The notes under the pieces are model-generated. The model was given only the letters and a program-made list of their open reading frames with translations. It had not been told where the DNA came from and did not search any database. Shown in pieces: positions 38,377-52,800 of a stretch of DNA of 64,000 nucleotides (positions within the stretch are counted from its first letter, which is position 1; every line of letters starts with the position of its first letter). Source of the DNA: Blasia pusilla (lineage: Eukaryota); contig CM114271.1 in NCBI GenBank assembly GCA_050084515.1, positions 49,538,001 through 49,602,000 of the forward strand. Direction: 5' to 3'. The position numbers and the translations under genes were made by a program.

Positions 38377-41300
38377 AACATGACATGTCTCATCCAAATG
38401 ATTGAGTGCTTGCGTCACTTGGGTTGGATCCAATTGTGGAATTGGACCATTTAGATGAGAATGACGCCTCCTACAATGAGGAGGAGGAGGAAGAAGAAAA
38501 GGAATAATATGATGCAAACGAACTCAAGAATCGCCTTGCTGAGCAAATAGTTACGCTTAGGCATAGCATAAGCTCATCCTCGAGTAATGGAGCAAGTGGG
38601 CCCATTTGTAGTAGACACCACATGGGTTTTGGTAGTATCAGTAATAGGGGTATAATTGGTGTGTAGTTACATGCTCTAGTAGTGTTCAAAGGCACTTCTT
38701 CAAGTGCTGTACCTTCTATGAGTCTAGCATAACCTTGTCCACATGGAACATTAGGTACATGGCCCCAAAGTAGATAGAATAAGAACTAGTGTAATTTTTT
38801 TTAATTTTATGTCTAGTTTGTAACTCATTTGTGAGTATCAAACATACCTCATTTGCAAGTATGCAACTACATTTTGAGTACCGTTCAAGTCATTGCAAAT
38901 GTATTGCAACTAAGTTGTGGGTAGTTGCGATTGAGTTTCGAGTGTAGTAAACTGGAAGTTTAGAGTTGTAAGGAAGTTGCAATGTGTGGTTCAAAATCTT
39001 AGCCATATGATATCTTTCGGTTGATCTATGATATCTTGCGGTTGCTTAACCACTATATTGTGACTAAATTTGAGCTTTTGGCACTTGCAAGATAGTTGTG
39101 AATGTGGTAGTGTTAGGATTAGCCAATGTCCTTAATAGAGTAGATTGGTACTAATAATGGAGGTCTTTATTTTGGAAATTGAGATTTCTAAGCAAGCTTC
39201 AATTTTCTATTCATTTAGGCATGTTGAGATTTATAAAAATCCATTATCTATAGTAAAGGGGCATAGTTGCAAAAAAAGACTTGTTTCTCAATGGAGGAGA
39301 TGAGGAAATTGGGAGAGGAAATCATCATCTCAAAGATCTCAATGGAAAATGAGACAAAATAATGCCTTTTGCAAAGACAGTCATAATGATTATGTAACTC
39401 TGTGTCACTACATTGTATCAATCTACTTTATGCCACCACATGTATCCAAATTATCTTCAATATAATATCAATAACTACCACATCAAAATCCTACATTTTA
39501 TATAATGAGAGAATTGTCCATGGATTTGTGCATCTCTCGACATGTGGGTGCTAAGTTGCTCTACCAATCAATAATGAATATAATATTATGTTCACATTGT
39601 GAGTGACTATCTTTCATCGCCTACAATAGAACGTGATAGAAGCATCTCAAGTAAATATAGAATCTAATAACTCTAACAATATATGGAACTAAATATATAG
39701 GGATAAGCCTATTCACAACTATATTGTAGTATCACAGATAAATTATATGAGAGATAATCCAAAAAAAGAGGTTTGAGTATCTATTCATGAGCATATCACC
39801 TTTCCAATGCAAGGGTGGACATGAGAAAAACTTTAAGCTAATATTTCCATTGGATATGATGCCTAACTCTAAACTCTACCACAAAATAAACTTTCCTCAA
39901 AGATGACCACCCTATTGATCTTAGAGAGCTAGAGAGAGAAAATGTTGAATAATTTCCCTACCCTTTATTATATTAGCGTCTACATGCGCTCTTAAACAAG
40001 ACTATAAGAACACCAATTTTGACAAATATGGTGAATTACAAAATTTATAGGTTTCTAACTCACTTGAAAAATAGAATTTCCTTAAAGTTGTGCTTCTAGG
40101 TAAAATTATGACTTAAGTTCATTTAATTTGAATCAAAATCTTTCCCACAACAACAAGTCCAATTCTTTATTCCACTCATTTTCATTTGCAAGTAATTGAG
40201 TCTCTTTTTTCCAAAAAGGATTAGAGTAGGAAGCTAAAATGTTCCACAATAGATTAGTTTATTTTTCAATTCTTCTCAATATCTCGTGCGTACGATGGCC
40301 CAAGATTCATTAAATGACAAAATTTGGCAAAAATGACAAATTTCCAAAGACCTTCTTTTAGTCCTTCTTATAGTCATATGTACTTGCATTAATAGAAGGA
40401 AAAATGGCTTGTGTTATGATTCGTGAGAAAAAAAGTTGTTGTTGCCAATTGGATGGTCATTCCTTGGAAAACCCTACATCATGAAGTTCTCACGAGGATG
40501 GGGGTCATCAATCAAACTTTGTGCCATTAAAATATTGATATATAATAGTTGGAGCATGAAATTAAATGACATCATCGAGACTTGCTATGCATGGTCACAT
40601 ATATGTTGGAAAAGTGAAGAACAAGATTGCCTTCACCTCAATCGTATTTGAATGTAGACTGAAGGTTATGTGTTTAGGTTCTGTGAAAATGGAACTTAAT
40701 TTATAATTCTCTCTAAGCCTTCGTCATCTAGTCGTGGTGTCAAGGCTCCAATAGGCTAACTCAAAGGGACCCAATTAGAACTTGAGGTCTTATTCGGCCT
40801 TGATCTTCCTAAGGAGGAATAATATAATATGGTTAGTTGATGTGGGTAAAGTCCTCATGGTCGTGGCAAAGCAAAGTTTGTAGGAACTAAATTATTCTAT
40901 GACTTGTATAGAATGGTAGTTGTTGAAGGTTGAATACGGTGAGATATCTCAAACACCTCCGTGGACGGATTAGAGAAAGGATACACTATGTGTAAATCCT
41001 AAAATCTTTTGGCTTGACAACAACTCATACCGTCAGAATTAGATCTTAAGAGCCAATTGAAAATCATTCGGAACTCTATTTCCAATTTTCTCTAACCCAT
41101 CGTCTCAGAAGGAGTTGTTTCACCTCTAGAGCAACTCCTATCACCATAATACAATCTTAAGAGCCAATTGAAAAACATTAAGAACTCTAGTTCCACATGA
41201 GCTTCGACCAATAACCTATCCTCAAAGTATTTGGAAGTTCCTCTTGGCGGTAGCCCTTCAATTGCCCACAGAAGGAGTTGTTCGAGCTCCATGTCACTTA

Positions 41301-43183
41301 AGAATGTTAGCATTTCATGTGAGTACAACCAAAGGGTTTTTTTTCAAAATTAAAAAAGAGGTTAATTATAAGTAAGTAATTAGTTGGAAAAGGGCTTGAA
41401 CAAAATTTTGTTGGTCCAATTATAATATAGGGTCCAAATAATTGGTTGGTCGATACATACGATTAAAATGTACTATGGGGAACTAAATATCCCATATTGG
41501 GTCATGTCATTTTCTTGTTAGTCATAATAAATCAAGAAAAAATATAGAAAAAAATAAGAACAATTATGCATGCAATTGCATAATCCATGAACCATCCATT
41601 TTCTTGAATGTATAAGTAATGGTAGTATTTGGATACGTGAAGTTGGTAGACTTGTGAGTGTCTAGTTTCTTTCATACTCATTAAAAAATCTTTGTCAAGT
41701 CATGCATGGAAGCATGAGGATTTGGCTGAATTTTTTTTCATGGGAAAGTATTGTTTCAAAATGAACCTAAAAATAAACAATGACAAATACAAAGTTTAAA
41801 TCATAACTCACATTGTGAGTTATTTTCACAAGATCTAAAGCGTTCATTAAATCTAAATACAAGCAAGAATACTCTCCTACGGCTACAACTTTAAGATCCA
41901 TCTAATGGTGCAATGTGATGTTACAAGTACATAAATATAAGAAAATAGACTTAAGTAAGGGGAAGGATATTCCATGAGGGTTGAACCTCCAAAAGCCTCC
42001 AAAATTTTCTAGCACATACATGGGAGGATATTCAACATGCATGAATTATCTAAGACACATTGGACCTCACGTGAATGAATTAAAAATGACAAATGCATTT
42101 TCTTTGATGATCTCTTTCTCCATCCCTACAATTCCAAAACAAGATCTTAAGTGTTGAATTACCTTATCATACAAACATGCACAATTACTCAAGGTTTCAA
42201 GGCAATGTAACGGTGAAATGTAAGTGGATGTTAGTAAAAACTACATAATGCGTTATAAGAAACCAATCACTTAATTTCACTTGTCTATCTTAATGCGTGA
42301 TCTATTGGTGAAACCATTTTTTTTACAATTAGATTACCAAGATGAACGGAGAGTCTTGCAGAAGGTCATATAACGACTTGAATTAGGGCCAAGAGCATGG
42401 CGGCTTGAGGGTGAAGCTCCAAGAGGGAGAATTTGACTGTAAGATCTAGAGGAAAGAGTGTTGTAATTGTGAAAGAGCAAAATGGAAACTCAAAAGACAC
42501 AAAGAGAGACCTATTGAAGCCCTTGACAACTTGGCCTGCAAAAAGACCAATTAGTGATGTACTTTGTTGCTTAATTGGCATTGATAGGTAGGAAATGTCA
42601 ATATCCTTTCTTATGCATATTATTATTTGATAAATTTTTTTCCTCACATTGCTCTTGTTGATACTTTCTGATGGCGTTTTCTTTTAAAAGGGAGATGCCT
42701 CACATCAAGAGTCAAGAGCAAGCCCTACTACATTAGGGAACTTAGTGTTTCTTCAATGACACTCGATTGTGGCTTCGAAGTGGGCTCATGATTTTGGAGG
42801 AGGAGATACATGCAAATTGAAGCCTAGAGCGGAGAGGTAGAGACGGTTGCAAACACCTTCAAGTATGCAATATCTATCTTAAAAGGTAATCCTTCTAAAT
42901 TTTAACTAGACCGACACGTGCTTTATGCTCCTAATTACTACCACTAGATGCTTCTTGTTACCCTGTTTGTTCCAAATCCTTATCTCCCCTTTAATTTGTG
43001 AGATTGCTCTCTAAAAAATTCCTATTATTCCGCTTTGTTCCTCCCTCCCCCCCTCCTCCTTCGCGCTTACTTATCTCCTCCGCTAATTAGTTTGCCCACT
43101 ACGAGGGCTTTGACATGACTTGATCAATAGAGGTGAGACTTGTATTGAGGGCTCTTGAGTGCAAGTTGCTTGGGTTGTGAGAA

Positions 43184-43197
43184 GCTCTCTCTCTCTT

Positions 43198-43271
<74 letters not shown>
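43184..43271. repeat. (CT)n / (CTTT)n microsatellite
   Basis: Directly visible dinucleotide run. Confidence 0.98.
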
Positions 43272-43294
<23 letters not shown>

Positions 43295-44792
43295 TTGCAG
43301 ATTGCCAAGAGTGGAAGCAATTTTTATCTTTTTTTGCATTAACCGACCCTCAAAGTGGATGGAAAGATGCTTGCATCTAAGGTTGAAATCATATAGATCT
43401 TTCAAAATTTCACGTCAACTTCATCGAAAAGAATGATTTTCTAGCAGCCAAGTGATAATGTTATTTTCTTCTAAGCAAACATCTTGATTTTTTCAAGGAA
43501 AAAAAATTCTCACCACATCTATACCCATACGTCAAGGGAAAGAATCCCAAACCATATAAACTAGGAACCTTTTCTAAAAGGATAAAGCACTACATGTTCA
43601 TCTGATTTTTTTTCTCGACGGGAGATTAGTTTTCATACAAAATCAAGACATTCCACCATTTCTCATGACTGATTTCTAACAAACATGGAGAGCTTGAAAT
43701 TCACTCCAATTGTTGTGCTAACCCGCTTACACTCCATAATTTAAATGTATCGTTTGCAGATATAGTTGGAAATGCATTGGGTTACTCCCCTCTCCACAAT
43801 ATCGTTGTATAAACTGAAGAAAATTTGCTAAACATAGGGAGAGAAAACCTATCATCCAACGCGTTTACTCATTTATAATTCACTCAATCAATTTATTGAA
43901 TATATTGGCACATGATCAATCAAGGTGGTGATGATAAACCGTTAGGCTTGAGGTCAACAGTAGAGGCCCCCTACATCTTGCAATTATTGCGAGACTTTCA
44001 TTCAATTTAAAAATCTAAGGAACAACTAAGTTTTCAATTTATACATACCCACATATAATTGAGTGATTCACCTTATTTCCTTTCCATATGAGGTAATTTA
44101 GCACCTTATATTTCACTTCTGAAAAGAAATTCATTTCATTTAGAAGAGAATTTCCTCATATAGCAATTAATAATGAAGATTATGCTTATGGCCTTTAGAG
44201 TTTCAAAATCTACACTAGCTAATTCTAAACATGCATGTAGGGAGGAATATAAATTTTCATGCATTGAATTTGTATATATCGTCAATTATTATTGATGGTA
44301 ATGTGTGAAAAATGAGAGAAAATTTAATTATGGTTCACATATAATTGCAAAGAAATATCCTCATAGATCATATGAAACACCTTTCATGATTTTTTTTCTT
44401 ATCATCCACAGGACTTTTTGTGAGTGTAAGTTGGAAGTGATGGCATAAGGTTGCTTTTCTACCTTATAATTGAGGGCTCATATATATTCGGAAAACATTG
44501 CATATAAATGAAATTTCACAATGATAGAAATGGGAAGCTCTATGAAAATTGGGGAAAATATAATATCTATGGATATTTCAAAATAGAATTCTTCCCAAAC
44601 ATCACTAAAGATGAAGTTTTATATTTAAAGGAGACTTCGCATTGGGATAAAGTCCTACGAGATTATATTAGAACATAAATGCATAGTGAACTTGCAATCT
44701 AAAGGTTTCTTTACTTTGAGAAAATATGATAAGAGATGATTTCATGGAGATGCATGATATTCTAAGTATGAAGAACTTGGTATTATTGAATA

Positions 44793-45150
44793 TATCATGC
44801 GTAAACATATTCCTACACAATATAATCATGATCACTATCCACACACACATAAATATAAGATATCATACTCATCCTTGATATCATCACATATAGAAGATCA
44901 TGTGCCAATATATCTCCAATAAATTTCAAGGAATAATAAATATGTAACATACACTTCATATCTCTTCGATGTCAAACCAAACCCACTCCTTGAGTGTGTG
45001 AGAGGCTTGGATTACTCAAAAGGGCAAGGAAGACCATAGTTCCACTGTCTCATTAAATAAATTTCAACAAAAAGACAATGAGCCCTCAAATTCACTCTCG
45101 TTGGAAATACCCTTTCCCTCTCCCCAAACTCTCTAATTGGTGACTTGTTG
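44793..45150 (-). mobile_element. Decayed partial solo A-B repeat of the Gypsy family at 1-4302
   Basis: Reverse complement of the B end, ATATCTCCAATAAA and GTCAAACCAAACCCACTCC blocks. Truncated where the 45150-45900 repeat begins. Confidence 0.6.
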
Positions 45151-45900
45151 TCGTGACCCTCATAACCAAACATGAGAAATGGTGGTAAAAACCCTAGTGA
45201 TTTTCACACTAGAATATACGTCGAGAAAAAAAAATCAGCATCAAAATCTCTCCAATGAGATATGAGTTGTAGAAGCAAGACGCGAGCCTTGTTTGGTGTC
45301 TCAAGTGATGATGGTTGCGACCTCGTAATGTCAAGTAAGACTCGAGAGGAGCTAAAGTACCCCAAGAGTTGGGCATCAAGGGGATTGCAACTTGATTTCG
45401 AACTTGACTAAGCGTTTGGGTGTTCTCCGTGTTTGAGGTCATAACGGTTAGACTCGAGATGCATTTTTTAAGAAATAAGATGGCGGTATAAATGTTATGA
45501 GAAGATGATTCCAACGCAATAGAGATCCAAACAAACTCATGAGTAGAGATGAGAAGTCATCCCTATGCTATTGGAATGATAGTTAAGTTGAGGGCCACAA
45601 GGAGCAGCCCAAGAGGACTTTCCCAAAAGGTAGGGAGGGGTGGAGATCTCTAAGTGTAGATATAAGCGAGAGGGTCTCCGAGGAAGTTTGGGACCCGAAC
45701 CTCCAGCTTGGGGAATTATATGTGGGTATAGGATGGATTGAGAGGTTGGCTTTGGGATGTGGACACCAAGCCAAGTCCATGGGGATTAACTATGGATATC
45801 GACCTTGGACCTTGACTTGTGACTCAAATATTTGGTCCTATCTAGAGACTCGTTCGAGTTCTATTGGGTCTTGGACTATTAAGGAAGTTTGTTCCAAGTC
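45150..45900 (-). mobile_element. Solo-LTR-like repeat, inverted copy of 12530-13377
   Basis: Shared sequence blocks in reverse complement. Confidence 0.6.
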
Positions 45901-47044
45901 TTGAAGAGCTTGCTTGTGTTCAAGAGTGTGAGCTTAGGTTGGTATTTGACCTCACCTAGATGTGTTAAGCTCGAAGGATAAGTTCATAACTTGGGAGAGG
46001 CAACTCTAGTTGACCCAAATAATGGCTAATGTGAGTGTGTTTGAGTACAGATCAATAAGAACAACATAGACTACTAAATGCTAGCTTCAATATATGAGCC
46101 TAATGTTAAAGAGGAGTAGGCACACGACAACTGTGCACACAAGTTATCTTCTTGGCTCTTGACTTGTAGTTGGGGGTCAAGGACTACGTTCTAATGAAAA
46201 TGGGAAGGAAAATATGGTTAAAATAGGATATTATTTGAAATAGCAAGTTCTTAATATATGACTCCAAATTTTTCCAAAAAAAGGGGAATTTTTTTCTCTC
46301 AATTTACCATGGTCCTCAACACGTCATCCTTGACTTCTTAAGATTGTGTTTCGACCTCCTCCTAGGCACCATATGGATACTTGTTTTGGTAGGAGCTTCC
46401 ATCCAAGCTTCGGGAAATGCAAGGTATTACTGCAGGAAAGTTCACATATTTCAAATCTTGTTGAGAAAAAAATTTCTCCTACGAATGTAGCTATCTTCTT
46501 ATTTCTTGGCCAATCATGTTTAGCCATGCCACGTAACATTATTTAGTACTAGATAAAGTATAATAAATTCCATATCATTTATATAAAAAATAGCTAAAAC
46601 TTTTGTATGATCATTCCAAAATTTACACGCGTATAACATTTAATATTTATTTTAAAAATATTTGTAACTACATTTAGTTGTACCAACTAAAGTTAGTATT
46701 TATAAAAGACATGCCCTTATTTGGAAATTATTAGACTAATAATTATCCAAATCAAATTTATTAGCAATATAATACTAATGCTACATCATTTTATATGTAG
46801 TTTAATGTAGTTGTAAGATAAACTGACGTATGACACATCAATATTTGAGGTCTGACTAGTTGTAAATATCCTAGTATTAAAATTTTATATTTCCTTCTAG
46901 TGCGGGATAAGCCGTGATGCATTTTTTGCCATGATTCAAGTTTGAGCTAAGAAATCATGTGGGACACACATTAAGAAAATAACCAACACACTCAAGTATG
47001 GGTGAATGACTTGGGAAGAATGGTCGAGGCGTACGGAAGAGGGT

Positions 47045-47656
47045 TGTCGTGCGCATACACATCAATGTCATCGAATACACAAACAAACAAGATCCCACGC
47101 TAACTCATGGCATCCAAACACGATGATGATCGAATACTAAAATATCTCCAATAAATCAAGATTCTCTCTCAATAAGATCTCTCACAAGATGCTCTCTCTC
47201 TCTCTCTCATGTCAAACCAAATCCATTGTCTTAATGAGAAGCTTGGGTAACTCACAAGCAAGGAGGACCATAGCTTTTCTGCCCAATGCCAATAGGCTCA
47301 ACAAAGAGAAAATGAACTCCAAAGCTCTCTCTCCTTGGGAATAACCCAATCCTTCCCTCTCCCAAATTCTTTCCACGGTAATCTATGCTTGTAGATAAAC
47401 TCCTTGGCTCTTAATCTGTTGTGGGGTCAATGGACACTTCCCAAAATGGAAATATAATTAACTCCACTCATAATTATAACTTATCCGAAATAATAAGTTG
47501 TTATAGATAGCTCCAAATGAACTAAAACAAAAGGAAACCTACTCTCTTAGCTTACATGTGACCTCAACATATCATTCTAGACCTCTTGAGTTATCCTCCA
47601 ATATCCTCGAAGGCTCTTTATTATAAACTCATCCATCCATTTTGAAAGACATGAAA
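47045..47656 (-). mobile_element. Solo A-B terminal repeat of the Gypsy family at 1-4302
   Basis: Starts TGTCGTGCGCATACAC (reverse complement of the B end), is collinear with 22-662 and ends CATGAAA (degenerate TGTCATG start). Flanks GGGT/GGCT form an imperfect 4-bp TSD. Confidence 0.8.
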
Positions 47657-47940
47657 GGCTTCATAGGAAATTGTATGCAAGTGGGAGATTCTACTACATA
47701 TGTTAAGGCAAATGATGTTGGAGGTGCAAGGTATGTATGTGGGACCTTAGTTCAACCCCACGGTTGAGTTCTTTTGCATGACGGGGAGAACTACTTGGGG
47801 GCTATGATTGAAGCTTTATCAACAATCAAGAGAGAGCCCGTAGGTAGCTTATATATGCATGATTTGCTTGGTTTGGGCTACTTGAGGAGTGATTGAGGTG
47901 TACATAGTGCAATCTGGATATAGAGCGTTAGACCACCAAA
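47657..47940 (+). pseudogene. Gypsy gag fragment (continues on the - strand from ~52800)
   Basis: ESP*VAYICMICLVWAT*GVIE..GYRALD aligns with ESLREAFTRMRRLIIATFGVTE..WYEIMD of the full element's gag. Confidence 0.6.
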
Positions 47941-50262
47941 AGTGATAAAGATCTCTCGTAACATGTGCGTTTACAAAAAGCAATGACTTACAGAGATTAA
48001 GAAATTTCAGAAATGGCATAGCCTCCTTCACAAAGAAGTATTCCCACTTGAACAATGTTAGGAGGGCTACTTCACAGGTTCTGTTTGTGGTTGCAATGAC
48101 ATTGGCCATCGACTTCTTACCTCCATTAGCAATCCATGAGAGCTTAATATGCTCATCGGACTTGGCATGGTCAATGAACGCCAAGACTTTGCAATTAATT
48201 GCCCATCTTTAGCAAAAGCACTCTTCCCCTTCCCCTTCCCCTTCCTATAGACTTTACAAAAAATCCTACCAATAACTGAATCATAATCGATCTAGTCATA
48301 CATTGAGTACCACACATCCTTCCAAGCTATGCGACTTTTTTCAGGTAAGGCTCCACTACTACCTAACGTAGGTTGTTCAACTTTATCATCAGATTATCCA
48401 AATAATGCAATAATATCTCGCATATCGTTTTGAGGTCCCTTATCTAAGAATGGACTCATTGTCTTATGTCTCTTGGCCATAATAACCAGTGAACTAGAAC
48501 ATGTGAATCAATCTCTATCTAAATGAGCCCGAAATCATAAAACGTTTTAAACAAAGACCCATCTATGGAAGCAAATTCTCAACAAAGGCTTATGCAAAGC
48601 TTGTACAGAGAGGTAGCTATGGAAGAAATGCAACATGTGTAAATCTCCGAAAGCTTGAAACTCCTTCCCCAAGAGGACTTCCAAAAAGTGGAAGGAGGAC
48701 TTCCAAATACTGGGCACTAGGCAGCGGCTGAGAGGTTCTCCGGGAGTCGGAGACTTAGCCGAATCTGTAGAGTAACAAAATTTGAGAACAAAATTTGAGA
48801 AAGATTGATCGGAATCGCGAAGCTGTGGAGACACGGCACAAATGCGGGGCGCTACCAAACTTCCTTAGAGCTGGACTATCACAAAGCCGCACAGCTAAGA
48901 GAGAACGGCACCGCTGCGGAGTCCAGGTGAACAACCTGCACAATCACGAAACGGAGTCACGAAGCCCAACCTGGAGAACACCCTAGCTCCGCGCTCAACA
49001 AAGCCACAACTTTGTGAGGAAGAGAAGTTGTGGGCTACTGTGGAGCTCACGAAAGCCAGAATTTTGTAACTACGCAGACGAGCTGCGGATTCAGGGAGCC
49101 AATGTGCTGATTCGGGGAGCCAACGAAGAAGAGCTACGAAGCAAAGACAAGCTACGGAGCGGAGCAAAAATAGCTGGGAAGTGCACAGATCTGCTGCACA
49201 CATACATACTCGCAGATTCGGGTAGAAGACAACCTGCTTCAATGCAGGACCGCTGCGGACTGCTACAAAGTCGGCAAGAAGACAATGATGATCAGTTGCG
49301 GACAAAATCCTTCCCACAAAACATATGCACTGTCGTCGAGCAGCAAAGTCAGGGAGAAGCGGACCTGCGGAGTTGGAGAGTGAGGAGTCATGACTCCAGA
49401 CTCTAGAGCATAGCAAAGATCTATGCGTCGTCGAGGAGCAATAGAGTCGCGCCCTTTGGGAAGAATCGGAGTTGCAGAGAGACAGAGACTCGGAGTCGGG
49501 GAGCAGCAGATTGAGCGGAGTCGGGGATTGAGAGGAGTCAGGTAGTAAGGAGTCCACACTCGAGCGTAGCGAGTATGTGTGTTACGCACCTGTGCAACGT
49601 TGTCGAGCATTAACAGAGTCGGGACAGTCAAGCCTTTCGGGGAGAATCAGAGCTGCGGGGAATCGGAGCCTCAAAGTCGGGGAGTTGGAGTAGCGGACTG
49701 AGTGTAGTCGCAGAGAGAATTGTGAGGAATGAGCTCGGGAGGGCTCATTCCTCACATGTACTACCCCATGGCCCCACACCCCTATCACCCAACCCTGATG
49801 TCTCTTCCTATCTTGGGCCACCCCTCTTAAATCTTCACTTGAAGCCGTTAGATTTGAGTCAAACAGCTACAACCTTATGAGAAAGAGCAAAGGGCTAGGG
49901 TTTGGAATCCTTCCCCCAAATTTGATGGTGACGATCTGCTACGTCTTTGTAATTCTCATCCAACCATCCGTCGTCTCCTCAAATCCCCTTGCCACGTAAG
50001 CTTGAAAATCTCTGGCCATCAAATTCAAATCAGTAGTATTCCGGGAGGCTTATTTCAGTGAGCCGTCCGCTTATGCTGATTTCTGACGGACGGCGGCTAT
50101 ATTCCGGCGACTCCCTTACGGAATGCGGATACTTTCCGTCATTCCCCTAGTGGCACCGTCACTTTCCGGAATGGCTCTGTCACTCGCCGGAAACCCCGCA
50201 AGAACTTTGCTCACCCAAACGGAAAATCACAAAAGTGCCGGCTAGCACTACTCGCAACCCTC
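47941..50262 (-). mobile_element. 5' half of a hAT transposon (inverted)
   Basis: Reading frame from ATG ~48480: WKDVWY..IDYD..IFCKV, HAKSDEH, LFKWEYFFVKEAMPFLKFLNLC..DLYH (ZNF862/ZBED-type N-terminus). GC-rich subterminal region ~50040-50260. TIR and TSD not convincingly resolved. Confidence 0.7.
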
Positions 50263-52559
50263 GATCTGTGATAAAATTGTCCCAAACTCGAGAGTTTTGA
50301 AAGTTGGGACTCCCACACCGTCACATTCCAAACCACAACATCAAGGACTAGAGTGTTGCCCGAGCTATGCACGGGTCATGGATGACATTAAATTTTTGAA
50401 AAAAAAATCTACCCGTTCCCTTCCCAACATGGGACTACTACATTGTACGAACACTACACTTGTCCTCGCCTCTAGGCCCGTTGGATTGCTACAATCTATG
50501 GCTGATATTGCAAAAGGAACAGTTCTCGGTTACCTGAAGCACTGGCACAAGAAAAGACGGTCCGCGCCACCGACTGGCAACAATAGGGGGTGTCAAAGAT
50601 CACCCCGGATAGAATTTCCCGCGTGAAGGTGTTAGGCCTGGGACTAACCCCTATTTTATTCGGTAAGAAGAGGGGGGAGACGAATTGACGAGTCCGGAAC
50701 TGCAGACCTTTATATTTATGATCAGGAAGTTCAAGGAGACAGGAAGAGCGGGGAATTCTAAGTTTCTCAAGAGCACCAGAATGAGGAGTTGAGGAGATAC
50801 TTGTTTATGAGGTGCCAAAAACTTGGATGGGACCATTCCGAGTGTCAAAGATTCCCCTATCCGGGAGATCTTTGACAACCCCTAATGGATGGGCTTACCG
50901 CGCAATTTAGGAGTACAGTATCTGATCGCATCCCAACAAACCTGCTTGGGTCCTGACCTAGCTTTTGGGTTGCTATCTTAATCTAGGTGGGCATCATTAC
51001 GTCCCCTTTCTTTTTCCCTTATCATTCTATTCACATTTAATTCCCTTGTGTTGACATGTGTCAACACGAGAGAGGCTATGAGAGGACATGTGTTGACCGA
51101 AAGAGGAGGGATTCTCTAACCCCATTTTGTTAATAGTTTAGATTGTGCAAGGAGCATGAGTGTATGGAATAGAGCACACTTTCTATTAGATAGCCAACCA
51201 AATACAATGCGCTTTTAATATTATCCAGCAAAACAACACAAAGGATAACTAACGCACAATGAGTTGGCAGCTCCTCCATGTGACAGGTTGCCACCTACCA
51301 CGTGTCACTAGACTCCACCAATGTTGAAGATGTCTACCTTGCAATCATCTCCCCATCAAGAGAAACCATTACAAGATGCAACCATGCTATATAACTTTTA
51401 ATTCTTGTGATTTCCTATTGGGAACACCTCTAATGGACGTACACCAAAGCGGTCATATTCACAATAAAAAACAAGGGTGCACTTCACACCGATATTGCTA
51501 CCCCCAGAAACGTCTTGCAATAGATCTCCTCATAAACTCGCATACTCTCCATCGACCAATCTACCACATCACAAGATGTACTCAAATCGCACTCACTCAC
51601 CTCCTCCTTACCTTCGTCGCCCTGGATAATGCGAAAGATAGTGGCAATTGCGTCTTTCAAACAACCTCATCATTTAGGTGGGCTTGACTCCATAGCAACA
51701 CCTCACCACAACATCGGCCTATCGCCAACTTCCACATTGGCCACTCAATGCATAGTGGATAACATAGTTATCTACTCCTCAAGAGTGGCAATCATGGTAC
51801 AAAGATCAACGTCTGCCACAACATTTCTATCACCTTTTGGAGGTGGTGGAGTGCAACCATCAAAATACCCATTTCCACAACAGCCGCTAAGGGGCCCAAC
51901 ACCATGACTCCTTCCTCCATCTAGCCCATCACAAGGCGCCAACGCTACACTAAACCTAATATTTGGGTGGAGATCCAAGCAATGCTCAACGTTGTCACTT
52001 GAAGGTTGATAATGGTTATACCACATGAATGGAGTAAGCGTTGCTAATCCCTCTATTTCTTATGTGTCTAGAATTCTATTAGTTACAAGAGTGACGTCAT
52101 GAAGATCCCTGAAAAGCAAGCTCGCTCGCCATCTATGACCGCCCCCGTCGGGGGGTCTTTTTTTTGGGTTGGGGGGAAGAGTTGTAAACACATTGATTTT
52201 GTGCCTATTTAGTTGAAGCCATGTTAGGGTTTCTTGGTCATTATGCGCGCGCAGCTTTAGGCTTGAGAGGGAATCTTCGAGAGCTTGCAATGTACAATGT
52301 GTGCAGATTTCAATAAAGTGACTTGAGAGTGTTTGATCGTGGATGTAGCTTCCGCATGGGAAGTGAGCCATGTACATCTCGTGTGATTCATATGAGTGAT
52401 TGTCCAATTTCTTCCAACACCCTTACCCATGGGCTTTGGCATCGCCCTTTCACCCTAATATTGATAACACTCTTATTGTTGATGAGCACCACCGAACCAC
52501 AAGTCTAACAACTCAGTCCTACCTTTGATTGTCATGCTATAGATAGAACGACTCTAACT

Positions 52560-52800
52560 AAATATAACAAGTGCACGTGGGCCATCTTGACCCCTCAATT
52601 AACCTATCCTCTCAAAAGATGCACAATGCGATGATCTTGTCATCTTTGGTACTATGGCACTTTTTGGCTCCCTCGGGAAGCCATAAACCATCATGTGCTC
52701 TAAGATGCTGTTAAGCTCAATATGCTCAAACACTTGAAACACTTGCTCTAGAGTTGGCTCCTCGATAAGGGTTATCAAAATAAAATCTACCACTTGCAAT
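52560..52800 (-). pseudogene. Gypsy gag fragment, continuation of 47657-47940
   Basis: EPTLEQVFQVFEHIELN matches KPTLKVVFELSERIELN in ORF 35476-35862. Confidence 0.7.

Noticed and set aside
38400-43000. Host genes in the AT-rich region right of the Gypsy element
   Set aside because: Only short, stop-ridden ORFs with no coherent exon chain; probably old TE debris that I cannot classify.
43099-43436. ORFs with RERERE or LSLSLS tracts
   Set aside because: Translations of the (CT)n microsatellite.
48895-49631. 220-aa Ser/Leu-rich ORF and overlapping ORFs
   Set aside because: Low-complexity GAGTCGG-rich leader of the hAT element with no recognisable domain.
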